Under the pieces are notes generated by a model that made no database searches, had not been told where the DNA came from, and saw nothing but the letters and a program-made list of their open reading frames with translations. Shown here in pieces: positions 31,028-39,829 of a stretch of 64,000 nt of DNA. This DNA comes from Acidobacteriota bacterium. Lineage in GTDB: Bacteria > Acidobacteriota > UBA4820 > DSQY01. Location: assembly GCA_021813555.1 (NCBI GenBank), contig JAKAKG010000203.1, positions 3,507 through 67,506 on the forward strand. The letters run 5' to 3'. Positions within the stretch are counted from its first letter, which is position 1. The number at the start of each line of letters is the position of its first letter. Both the position numbers and the translations under genes were made by a program.

Positions 31028-31096
31028 GGCGAAGGGTTGCACCGAGCGGGGAGCCTCCCTCCGTCGAGCAGAACCGGCGAGAGGCGGCTGGAGGCG

Positions 31097-32425
31097 TCAG
31101 GGCTTCAAGTCCGAAACGCTTACGCCACCCGGAGCCCCGGCCTGAATGGCTGCCCTGGGGACTTTGGGGAGGCCGGGAGCATTCCGGCGCCTGGCCTCCA
31201 TGAACGCGTTCACCCCGTCCAGCACTTGCCGGGCCAGGCCCCCTTGGAGATCAGCCAATTGGGAGGGAGATGGCGCCTGCCTGCGCCAGGATGTCGTGGC
31301 GGCTTCCACCTGCCTGAAAACCGTCGCCTCCTGAGCCAGGAGCGGGGCCAGAATACCCGTCTTGGGATCGCTGAGGGCCTCCTGGTCCATGTATTTCTTG
31401 AGATCGCCCCTCGTCTCCGGGTAGAGGGCGTCACGGACCGCGTCGAAAGCGACGTTCAGCGGAGCGGATTCAGCGGAAGTCCCCATGTCGATGGGAACGG
31501 AACCGGCGGCCGCCCATACGGGGACGGCCACGCCCGCCGCGGGGAGTCCCAGGATCACCCACGCCGTGGCCAGGGATGCCGGCTCCGAGGGCCCCGGGCC
31601 TTCGAAAAGGACGCAGGAGGAGGTGTCAAAGCGGCAGATGCTGTCCGCGGTGTAGGCGTAAGGCGGGAAGCCCTTCTTGCGCCACGCGCCTGGGTAGGAT
31701 CCGATGCGGGCGTTGGCGGTGTCGCGGCTCACGTCCTTCAGCACGCTCTGGGCGTTCAGGGCGTGGGCCTTGACCAGGCCTTCGATGAGGGCCTGGGCTC
31801 TGTCGTGGCGGAGGAACCCCGTTCCTTTGTCCAGGTTCGCCGACTCGCTGTAGTTGCTTCGGACGAGGAACCCGCGGGGAGCCAGAAGAGGATCGCAGGC
31901 ATTGAATCGCTTGTAGGCGTGCATGCCCGTTTCAAAATAGCAGGCGCCGCCCTTGGCATCGATCACGCCGAAGTTGGCCGAGACGTCGCGGCCTCCCGCG
32001 TTGGTCTTCTCCAGGAGGGATTGGAAATCCCCGACGCTGGCGCAGGTCTGCAGGGCGAGCTTCATGAAGGCCCCCTCGCCCCGCGTGTCCTTGTCCACTT
32101 CCATGTTGTAGGAGGCGGCGTTCATGATGGCGAACCCTTCCGCGTTCATGCCCGCCCAGATTTCCATGCCCGCCGCATCGCCTTTGTTGACCAGGCCCAC
32201 GTAGGGATACGTGCCGTCGGCGCAGTACACGACCTGGTTGTGATGGTCGTCGGCGTCCCGGTTCTTCCAGAGAAGGGGCCGCCCGTTGGTGGTGGCCGAG
32301 GCCGCCACGACGGCGGTGGTGCACGCCGCGGTGGGCGGACCCCACGAGGCCGTCAGCGCCATGGCCAACATCATCGTCAGCGCCCAGGATCCGGGGGATC
32401 GTGTCATGAAGGAGCCTCCAAACAA
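31097..32425 (-). CDS. Secreted Ntn-hydrolase-like protein (Cys N-terminal nucleophile; peptidase C69 / choloylglycine-hydrolase-like)
   Basis: 442 aa with a signal peptide followed by an ...AACTTAVV... putative N-terminal Cys nucleophile. The family assignment is tentative. Confidence 0.5.
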   Translation of the reverse strand: MFGGSFMTRSPGSWALTMMLAMALTASWGPPTAACTTAVVAASATTNGRPLLWKNRDADDHHNQVVYCADGTYPYVGLVNKGDAAGMEIWAGMNAEGFAIMNAASYNMEVDKDTRGEGAFMKLALQTCASVGDFQSLLEKTNAGGRDVSANFGVIDAKGGACYFETGMHAYKRFNACDPLLAPRGFLVRSNYSESANLDKGTGFLRHDRAQALIEGLVKAHALNAQSVLKDVSRDTANARIGSYPGAWRKKGFPPYAYTADSICRFDTSSCVLFEGPGPSEPASLATAWVILGLPAAGVAVPVWAAAGSVPIDMGTSAESAPLNVAFDAVRDALYPETRGDLKKYMDQEALSDPKTGILAPLLAQEATVFRQVEAATTSWRRQAPSPSQLADLQGGLARQVLDGVNAFMEARRRNAPGLPKVPRAAIQAGAPGGVSVSDLKP

Positions 32426-32532
32426 GGCGCCTAGTGTACGGCCGCGGCGCCCTCCAGGGAAGAGCCCGCAAGCCCCTCCCGTTTGCCAACGGCATCCCGT
32501 TCAGCTAGATTGAGAAGGGAGGCATCGGATTA

Positions 32533-33612
32533 ATGGCACCAACCGGCTCGGCGGCCCTCATGTCCCCTAAAGTGCTCCTTCTTGGTTTGGACCGGCCCGG
32601 CATCGCCGCCGCCTGTGAGGGCCTCGGGCTGCAGCCGTTCCATCACCGGGAGATTTACAAGTGGATGTACGCCCGGAGAACCTTGGACCCCATGGCGTGG
32701 ACCAACGTGCCTAAAGCCTCGCGGGCGCTCATGGCCTCGCGCGTCCTCTCTGGCCTCCCCGAGGTTGTGGGGGACCAGGCCTCCTCCGACGGCACCCGCA
32801 AATTCCTCCTGCGCCTCGGCGACGGCCAGACCGTGGAGTGCGTCTACATCCCGGACCGTGAGCGCAGAACCGTGTGCGTCTCCTCGCAAGTGGGGTGCGC
32901 CATGGGATGCACCTTCTGTCTCACGGGCAAGATGGGGCTGAGGAGAAACCTGACGCCCGGGGAGATCCTCAGCCAGTTCTTCGTTCTCGAGTCCCGGACG
33001 GACATCGCCGAGACCTCCTACAACGTCGTATTCATGGGTATGGGCGAGCCCATGGCCAACCGCGCCAACCTGGAGGCGGCCCTTGCGCTGCTGGAGGACC
33101 CCGAGGGGATGGCCATCTCCCCCCGCCGCATCACGGTCTCCACTTCCGGCCTCGCGGAGGCCCTGGAGGCCTTCGCCCAAAGCCCCGTGTGCCCCCGCCT
33201 GTCCCTCTCCCTCAACGGGGCCAGGGACGAGTTGCGCACGCGCCTCATGCCCATCAACGCGAGGTATTCCCTCGCCGACCTTCGCCGGGTTCTCCAAAAC
33301 CTCACGCGCAAAAACCGGGAGCGGATCTCGCTGGAGTACGTCCTCATGGGCGGTGTGAACGACTCGGAGCAGGACGCCCGGGACGTGGCACGCTTCGCCC
33401 GCGGGCTCAAAGTCAAGGTGAACCTCATCTCCTTCAACGCCGCTGAAGGGTTGCCCTACCAGCCCAGCACCGCCCAGGCCACGTCGGCCTTCCAGGAGGT
33501 GCTCAACAGGCAGGGGATTACGGCGACGGTGCGGCGCAGCCGGGGATTGGACATCCTGGCGGCCTGCGGCCAGCTTGCCCGGAAACACTGGGACGAAGGG
33601 GTTTCCCCTTGA
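32533..33612 (+). CDS. rlmN: 23S rRNA/tRNA adenine-C2 methyltransferase, radical SAM (RlmN)
   Basis: Radical-SAM cluster motif (CAMGCTFCLTG), a GMGEP motif and a conserved C-terminal Cys (AACGQL). Confidence 0.9.
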   Translation: MAPTGSAALMSPKVLLLGLDRPGIAAACEGLGLQPFHHREIYKWMYARRTLDPMAWTNVPKASRALMASRVLSGLPEVVGDQASSDGTRKFLLRLGDGQTVECVYIPDRERRTVCVSSQVGCAMGCTFCLTGKMGLRRNLTPGEILSQFFVLESRTDIAETSYNVVFMGMGEPMANRANLEAALALLEDPEGMAISPRRITVSTSGLAEALEAFAQSPVCPRLSLSLNGARDELRTRLMPINARYSLADLRRVLQNLTRKNRERISLEYVLMGGVNDSEQDARDVARFARGLKVKVNLISFNAAEGLPYQPSTAQATSAFQEVLNRQGITATVRRSRGLDILAACGQLARKHWDEGVSP

Positions 33613-34361
33613 GCCGCCCGGCCACGGCCCTTATTCTTCTCGCGCTCGCCGCCTTGCCGGCGGCGGCCCAACTGCGCGTGGAGCGGGACCGCAACGGCCG
33701 CATCGTCATCACCAACAAAGGGTCCGCCGCCGCCTCCAAGCTCGCGGCCCCCGAATCGGCCCAGTCCGTCCCCAAGGTCACGGCGGCCCAGCGCCAGGCC
33801 ATCCAGGGCAAACTCAAGGCGGCATGCTCCCGAACGGGGTTGGACTACAACCTCGTGACGGCCCTCGTACACGCCGAGTCGGGGTTCCAATCCAATATCA
33901 TCTCCCGCAAGGGCGCCATCGGCCTCATGCAACTTCTCCCCGAAACGGGAAGGCGCTTCGGCTGCAGCGATCCTTGGGACTTGGACGAGAACATCACGGG
34001 GGGGACCAATTTTCTGGCCTACTTGAGGGACCTCTTCGGGGGCGATGTTCCCCTCATGCTGGCCGCCTACAACGCGGGCGAGAACGCCGTGCAGAAATAC
34101 AGCAACAAGATTCCGCCCTACGCTGAAACGGTCCGTTACGTCTTCGCCATCCTGGCCGACTACGGCCGGCCGGCGCTGGTGGAGGCCGCCAAGGCCAAGC
34201 TCGCCTCTCCCTCTGACTACAACCGGTTCTACGTTGCCCGGCGCAATGAGAAGCCCGTCTTCAGGACCTACTACATGTACTTCGAAAAGGGCGTCCGCAC
34301 CATCGTGGACTATCCCCCCAGCGGAGTCACTTTTGTCCCCATCGTCTATAAGGACGAGTGA
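33609..34361 (+). CDS. Soluble lytic transglycosylase domain protein
   Basis: Signal peptide plus SLT motifs (ESGFQSNIISRKGAIGLMQL, AAYNAGENAV). Confidence 0.85.
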   Translation: MSRPATALILLALAALPAAAQLRVERDRNGRIVITNKGSAAASKLAAPESAQSVPKVTAAQRQAIQGKLKAACSRTGLDYNLVTALVHAESGFQSNIISRKGAIGLMQLLPETGRRFGCSDPWDLDENITGGTNFLAYLRDLFGGDVPLMLAAYNAGENAVQKYSNKIPPYAETVRYVFAILADYGRPALVEAAKAKLASPSDYNRFYVARRNEKPVFRTYYMYFEKGVRTIVDYPPSGVTFVPIVYKDE

Positions 34362-34370
34362 GGGTCCGGG

Positions 34371-34394
34371 ATGAGGAGATGAGGAGATGAGGGG
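34371..34394. repeat. Tandem octamer array (ATGAGGAG)x3
   Basis: Read directly from the sequence: atgaggagatgaggagatgagggg, 10 nt after the SLT stop. Confidence 0.9.
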
Positions 34395-34465
34395 AAAGGG
34401 ACACCATGGCGGGCGACGAGAGAGCGGTCCCTCATGTCCGCGTCCCCCCATCCCCTCGTCTCGTC

Positions 34466-35578
34466 CTACTCTTCCAAGTCCTCGCGTTCCTGAGAGTTGA
34501 GCCGCGCCAAGGCGGAGCGGTAGGGCCAATCCTCGATGAAGCCCTCCTCCCGAAGCACTTGAAGCTTGGCACGGTGGTACTCCCAGTAGTCGTCCAGATG
34601 AATTTCATCCAGGCGATCGGCGAGGTGAACCAGGCGGGCGAACCAGCCGAGGGCCTCGCGGCGCGGCGCCCTGCGCCACCAGGGGAGGTAAGGAGTTCGG
34701 GCCGGCTGGGGACCCGCCGCCACTTCGACCGCCGCCCCCGTCAAGGCCGCGGCGCCAAGGGCAAAGACAAGGAACGCGCCGGCCGATCCCCAGATCCACG
34801 GTGTCAACGCCTCGCCGCCCCCCCGCGCCGCTTCGGCGGCAAGGGCGAGGCTGATGGCCCCCGCGCCCAAGGCCGGCCCGATGAAGACCCACGGGGCGCG
34901 CCAGGCCAGCCGGATGGGAGGTTCCAGGGAGGCCAGGGAAAAGAACATCCGGCTGGATCGGCCCAGCGGGCCTCTGCTTTCCAGGACCACCCGGTCGTAG
35001 AGAAATACACAGGTCCACAGGCTCATCGTTCCCCTGATGGCCAGGCGGCCCTGATCGAGGCCCTCGAATACGTTCTGTAGGGCGAACCGGTGTGCCGTCA
35101 CCCGGAGGTTCAGCTCTCCGAGGAAGTCCTCGAAGGAGCGCCCATCCAGTCCGTGAAACGCGGCGATCTCGTATCCGTCGTAGTCGAATACTTTGACCGT
35201 CCTGAGGCGTGCCTTCCAAACGAGGAGGGCCCAGGCGGCGCCCAAAACCGCCGCGTTAAGCCCCGTGAGGGCCTCGGATGGGCCAAGAAGGAAGGCTCCC
35301 GCGGCCCACGCCAGCGTGAGGATCGTGAGGATGGCCAGCTGCCACACCGGCAGGCTCTGGCTGCTGTAAGTGTCCCATATCTCCCCGTAGGGAATGATCT
35401 GCCTGTGGGTGGGCACGGAGGAGGTAAACTCCTCCCTCAACAAGCCCCTCCCGTCGAGGGTGAAGCGCACCAGGGTTCCAGCCCAGGGCCGCTCTTCGTG
35501 AACCAGAGACGCATCACGGGACACCGGGGTTGGCCTCCATGATGGTGGCCACGAGGGCCCGTGCAAAATCCCTGGCAA
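34466..35578 (-). CDS. Hypothetical polytopic membrane protein
   Basis: 370-aa ORF with several hydrophobic segments and no recognisable motif. It overlaps lptE by 65 nt, so the start is uncertain. Confidence 0.45.
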   Translation of the reverse strand: MPGILHGPSWPPSWRPTPVSRDASLVHEERPWAGTLVRFTLDGRGLLREEFTSSVPTHRQIIPYGEIWDTYSSQSLPVWQLAILTILTLAWAAGAFLLGPSEALTGLNAAVLGAAWALLVWKARLRTVKVFDYDGYEIAAFHGLDGRSFEDFLGELNLRVTAHRFALQNVFEGLDQGRLAIRGTMSLWTCVFLYDRVVLESRGPLGRSSRMFFSLASLEPPIRLAWRAPWVFIGPALGAGAISLALAAEAARGGGEALTPWIWGSAGAFLVFALGAAALTGAAVEVAAGPQPARTPYLPWWRRAPRREALGWFARLVHLADRLDEIHLDDYWEYHRAKLQVLREEGFIEDWPYRSALARLNSQEREDLEE

Positions 35579-36041
35579 CCACGTCGTAGGCCACCACCTC
35601 TTCGCTGATGTAGTTGCCGGGCGTCGAGGAGCGCTCGTAGACTTCGCTGAACCGGTATCCCTGGGACTCGAAGAGGACCTTCCCGTCGCGGCTGGCCAGA
35701 CGGACTTTCGCCGTCATGGTCACCTGGTACCGGTTGGCGCGGCCCGCCGAGTCGTAGGAAAGAGGCGCCACGCCGTAGCCCGTGATAGCTCCCGTAAGGA
35801 CCGCGTCAGCACCCTCCTTGGAAGACTGAACCTTCACGCGGGCGCGCTGGGCCAGCTCGCGGGTCACGGCCTCGGTAACCCGCTGGTCGAGCTGCAGGAC
35901 CGGCACTTGCCGCTCGAAGGGCAGGACGGCCACCACCTTCACCGACGGCGGCAGGGCGCCTCCCGTACCGAGCAAGTGATAGCCGCAAGCGGTGAAGAGA
36001 AGCATCACGGCCAGAGATGCGACGGCGAATCGAGCCCTCAT
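35514..36041 (-). CDS. lptE: LPS-assembly lipoprotein LptE (RlpB) family
   Basis: Lipobox (LLFTACG), 175 aa, and a position immediately downstream of leuS, the conserved leuS-lptE arrangement. Confidence 0.7.
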   Translation of the reverse strand: MRARFAVASLAVMLLFTACGYHLLGTGGALPPSVKVVAVLPFERQVPVLQLDQRVTEAVTRELAQRARVKVQSSKEGADAVLTGAITGYGVAPLSYDSAGRANRYQVTMTAKVRLASRDGKVLFESQGYRFSEVYERSSTPGNYISEEVVAYDVVARDFARALVATIMEANPGVP

Positions 36042-36067
36042 CTCCTCATCTCCTCATCTCGTCATCC
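36039..36067. repeat. Tandem octamer array (GATGAGGA)x4 on minus strand filling the leuS-lptE intergenic gap and supplying the lptE ATG
   Basis: The reverse complement reads gatgacgagatgaggagatgaggagatgagggc. The last unit contains the lptE start codon. Confidence 0.9.
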
Positions 36068-36072
36068 CTGTC

Positions 36073-38532
36073 CTACCGAACCACCAGGGTCACGATTTTC
36101 CCGGGAACCACCATCTCCTTGACGATCTGCTTCCCTTCAAGGTGGCCCGCCACCTTCTCGTTCGCTTTGGCCGCGGCCAGCACTTCTTCGGCACCTGCGT
36201 CCGCGGGCACGGTGATTTGCCCCCGCACCTTGCCGTTCACTTGCACCGCGAGGGTGATCTCGTCCTCCTTCGCAATGGCCGCTTGGGAGGATGGCCACGG
36301 GCCGTCCACGAGGAATCCGTCGTGACCCAACATCTGCCACAGGGCGTCCGCGATGTGCGGGGAAAAGGGCGAGAGCATGGCCACGAGGGATTCCACGGCT
36401 TCCCGAAGCACGTAGCGCTCCTGGGGCGTCTTCCTGTAGCTCGCCAGGTAACCCTGCGCGGCGTTGACCAGTTCCATCAGTCCCGCGATGGCCGTGTTGA
36501 TCTTGAGGCGGTGGTCCAGCTCGGCCGTCACCTTGGCAATGGTCTGGTGGGTCTTGCGCCGCAAGAGAGGCACCTCCCCTCGCGGCTCCTGGACGGGTCC
36601 CTTCAGATCCTCGGCCAGGTCCTCCACCAGGGCATAGACCCGGTTGAGAAAGCGATAGGCGCCCTCGGCGCCGCTGTCTTTCCAGTCGAGCTGGTCCCAG
36701 GGCGGCGAGAGGAAGAGCATGTTCAGCCGGACCGCGTCAGCCCCGTAGCGGACGATCATGTCGTCGGGCTCCACGAGGTTGCCCAGGCTCTTGCTCATCT
36801 TGGCCCCGTCCTTGATGACCATCCCCTGGCACATGAGGCGCTTGACGGGTTCGCCGAAGGGCACGAGGCCCAAATCGCGCAGGACCATCGTGAAGAAGCG
36901 GCAGTAGATGAGGTGCATGGTGGCGTGTTCGATGCCGCCGATGTAGAAGTCCACCGGAGTCCAGTAGCGCACCGCCTCGCCCTCGAACGGCGCACTCTCT
37001 TCGCGCGGGCTGCAGTAGCGAAAGAAGTACCAGGAAGAATCCACGAACGTGTCCATGGTGTCCGTCTCGCGGCGGGCCTCCCTTCCGCAGGCGGGACACG
37101 CCGCCTTCACGAAACCCTCGTGGGTGGCCAGGGGGCTCTCGCCCTTGCCGGTGAACGCCACGTCTTGCGGGAGGAGGACGGGAAGCTGGTCCTCAGGCAC
37201 GGGAACGGTACCGCAGACCGGGCAGTGGACGATGGGGATGGGGGTGCCCCAATACCGCTGCCGAGAGATACCCCAGTCTTTGATGCGGTAAGTGACGGTG
37301 GGTTCTCCGAAGCCCCTCTCCTTGGCGAAGGCACCCATGACCGCCATGGCCTCCCGGTTGGGCAGGCCCGTGTAGGGCCCGCTGGATTCGAGCACGCCGT
37401 CCGCCGGGGCCGCCTCCGCAAGCCGGTCCGACTCCAGGCCCCCGCTCTGAACCACCACCCGGATGGGCAACCCATAGGCTTTCGCGAATTCGAAGTCCCG
37501 CTGGTCGTGGGCCGGGACGCTCATGATGGCGCCCGTGCCGTAGTCCATGAGGACGAAGTTGGCCAGGTAGATGGGGATGCGCTCGCCGGAAAAGGGATTG
37601 ATGGCGAAGGCTCCCGTGAAGACGCCCTCCTTCTCCTTGCTGGTGGACCGGTCGTGGGTGCTCTGGGCGCGGACCCTGGCCTGGAACGTCTCCACGGCGG
37701 GGCGCCTGTCCTGAAGGGTGACACGGCGGGCCGCCGGGTGCTCGGGCGCCAGCACCAGGAAAGTCGCGCCGTAGATGGTGTCGATGCGCGTGGTGAACAC
37801 GCGGATGGGCTCCGCCTGTCCTTCCACGGCGAAGTCCACGAAGGCACCCTCGGAGCGGCCGATCCAGTTACGCTGCATGGCCGCCACTTCGGGAGGCCAC
37901 TGGCCCAGCGCGTCCAGGTCGTCGAGCAGCTCCTGGGCGTAGTCCGTGATGCGCAGGAACCACTGCTCCATTTCCTTGACCGTGACGGCGTTGTGGCAGC
38001 GCCAGCACGTCCCGTCTTCCACCTGCTCGTTGGCCAGAACCGTGGCGCAATCGGGACACCAGTTCACGGAGCGCTTGGCCCGGTAACACAGGCCCCTCTC
38101 GAACATCTTGAGAAAGAACCACTGGTTCCAGCGGTAGTACCGGGGCTCGCACGTGCGCACTTCGCGGGTCCAGTCGTAAAGGAATCCCATGCGCCGCAAC
38201 TGGCCCTTCATCGTGGCGATGTTGGCGTCGGTCCACGCCTTGGGGTGCGCTCCGCCCTTGATGGCCGCGTTTTCCGCCGGGAGCCCGAAGGCGTCAAATC
38301 CCATAGGGTGGAGGACGTTTTTGCCCCGCATGCGCTGGTAGCGCGCCACCACGTCGCCGATGGTGTAGTTGCGAACGTGGCCCATATGGATCTTGCCGGA
38401 CGGGTACATGAACATTTCAAGGCAGTAGAACGGTGTCCGGGACGGATCCTCCGCCACGGTGGCTACGCCCGCTTCTTCCCACCCCTGCTGGAAGCGGAGC
38501 TCGACGGCGTGTGGATCGTAGGGCATGCGCAC
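36073..38532 (-). CDS. leuS: Leucyl-tRNA synthetase
   Basis: 819 aa with a HIGH motif (HMGHVRNY) and a KMSKS motif. Confidence 0.95.
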   Translation of the reverse strand: MRMPYDPHAVELRFQQGWEEAGVATVAEDPSRTPFYCLEMFMYPSGKIHMGHVRNYTIGDVVARYQRMRGKNVLHPMGFDAFGLPAENAAIKGGAHPKAWTDANIATMKGQLRRMGFLYDWTREVRTCEPRYYRWNQWFFLKMFERGLCYRAKRSVNWCPDCATVLANEQVEDGTCWRCHNAVTVKEMEQWFLRITDYAQELLDDLDALGQWPPEVAAMQRNWIGRSEGAFVDFAVEGQAEPIRVFTTRIDTIYGATFLVLAPEHPAARRVTLQDRRPAVETFQARVRAQSTHDRSTSKEKEGVFTGAFAINPFSGERIPIYLANFVLMDYGTGAIMSVPAHDQRDFEFAKAYGLPIRVVVQSGGLESDRLAEAAPADGVLESSGPYTGLPNREAMAVMGAFAKERGFGEPTVTYRIKDWGISRQRYWGTPIPIVHCPVCGTVPVPEDQLPVLLPQDVAFTGKGESPLATHEGFVKAACPACGREARRETDTMDTFVDSSWYFFRYCSPREESAPFEGEAVRYWTPVDFYIGGIEHATMHLIYCRFFTMVLRDLGLVPFGEPVKRLMCQGMVIKDGAKMSKSLGNLVEPDDMIVRYGADAVRLNMLFLSPPWDQLDWKDSGAEGAYRFLNRVYALVEDLAEDLKGPVQEPRGEVPLLRRKTHQTIAKVTAELDHRLKINTAIAGLMELVNAAQGYLASYRKTPQERYVLREAVESLVAMLSPFSPHIADALWQMLGHDGFLVDGPWPSSQAAIAKEDEITLAVQVNGKVRGQITVPADAGAEEVLAAAKANEKVAGHLEGKQIVKEMVVPGKIVTLVVR

Positions 38533-38665
38533 CCTCCTCCAGAATCAGTTAAGTATAGCCGTGTGGGCTGGAAAACGCAAGACTGAGAAGGGTTTACGGG
38601 GTCGGGTACACGAGAAAGGGGAGCCCGATGGCTCCCCTCTCCCGTCCAGGCTTGCGTACGGATCG

Positions 38666-39715
38666 TTACTTTTTCTTCATTGCTTCGATTTTCTTGATGG
38701 TGTCCGCCACGCTTTTCTTCTCTTGCTCGTTCTTGGACACCTGCATGTACTGTTTGAGCAGGGGCAGGGCATCCTGGGCTTTGTCCATCATGATCAGGGC
38801 CCTGGCCTTGCCTTCCAGCGCCATCTCACTGTTCGGCCGAATGGCCAGGAGCTTGTCGTAGTAAACGATGGCGTTGGCGTAGGCGTCTTTGGCGACCTTG
38901 TCGGCCGCCGCGACCTCGGCTTTGTCTTTCGGGTTCTTCACAGCCGCCGCCGCGTCCTCCGCCTCTTTCATATAGAGGCCGGCGACGGTCTGGGTGATGG
39001 CCGGCTTGTAGTTCTCGTTCTTGGTCACATCCAGGAAGGCCTTCAGGGGCGGAATGGCCTTGCCGAATTCTTTCAGCTTGAGGAAGTTCTGGCCCTGCGC
39101 GAGGAGCGCTTCCTCGCCGCTGGGATTGAGGGAGACGGCCTTTTCAAAATAGGGCACCGCCTTGTCGTACTGGCCCTTGTCGTAGTAGATCACGCCCGCG
39201 GAGTAGGCCACGTTCTTGTACGCCGGGTCGAGCTTGTAAATCTCCTCGTACTGGTTCAGGGCATCGTCCACCTTGTTCTGCTTGTCGTAGATGACCGCCA
39301 GGGAGTAGCGGAGATCGAGCTTCGTGGGGTCGATGTCCAGCACCCGCTTCAGGGTTTCGGCGAGCTTGACCATGTCGTTCTGTTCCTGGTAGCACGAGGC
39401 CTCGTTCAGGAGGGCCGCGGTGCCGAGGGGATCCAGCTTGACCGCCTCCTCGTAGGAGGCGATGGCGTTGGGGTAATCCTTGAGTTTCTGGTACGCGATG
39501 CCGAGATCGATGTAGAGCCCTTCCGTAACCTGCTTGGCTTCGATGAACTTCTTGGCCAGGTCCACGGCTTTCTGATATTCGCCCTTGGTGATCAATTCCT
39601 CTATCTTCGGACTTTCCTGACCTTTGGCTTTGTCCTTGGGCTTATCTGCCGCCCAGACACCCGCCGACACGGCCACGGCGGCACCCAGGACAAACCCCAG
39701 CGCTAAACGACGCAT
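38666..39715 (-). CDS. Secreted TPR-repeat protein, Lys-rich, AT-rich relative to surroundings
   Basis: The track ORF 38666..40714 is trimmed to the ATG at 39715 (MRRLALGFVLGAAVAVSAGVWA signal peptide). It has multiple TPR repeats, a KKK C-terminus, and visibly lower GC than the flanking genes. Confidence 0.75.
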   Translation of the reverse strand: MRRLALGFVLGAAVAVSAGVWAADKPKDKAKGQESPKIEELITKGEYQKAVDLAKKFIEAKQVTEGLYIDLGIAYQKLKDYPNAIASYEEAVKLDPLGTAALLNEASCYQEQNDMVKLAETLKRVLDIDPTKLDLRYSLAVIYDKQNKVDDALNQYEEIYKLDPAYKNVAYSAGVIYYDKGQYDKAVPYFEKAVSLNPSGEEALLAQGQNFLKLKEFGKAIPPLKAFLDVTKNENYKPAITQTVAGLYMKEAEDAAAAVKNPKDKAEVAAADKVAKDAYANAIVYYDKLLAIRPNSEMALEGKARALIMMDKAQDALPLLKQYMQVSKNEQEKKSVADTIKKIEAMKKK

Positions 39716-39775
39716 CCTTGACCTCCTCGCCCCCCAGGGGCACAAGGCCCGTAAGGTAGCACTCTCCCCCGAGCG

Positions 39776-39807
39776 TGTCAACGAACGGACCCTGTTTATA
39801 TTATAAT
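39776..39807 (+). promoter_or_regulatory. AT-rich promoter-like element (TGTCAA ... TATATTATAAT) upstream of the REC-GGDEF gene, followed by strong SD AAGGAGAAGGAGG
   Basis: Read directly from the sequence. The -35/-10 spacing is not ideal. Confidence 0.35.
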
Positions 39808-39829
39808 AACAAGGAGAAGGAGGCGCCCC

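Noticed and set aside
35992-38586. 864-aa plus-strand ORF
   Set aside because: It is antisense to leuS, which has clear HIGH and KMSKS motifs on the minus strand.
38525-39706. 393-aa plus-strand ORF
   Set aside because: It is a mirror of the minus-strand TPR gene, and it has no RBS or recognisable domain.
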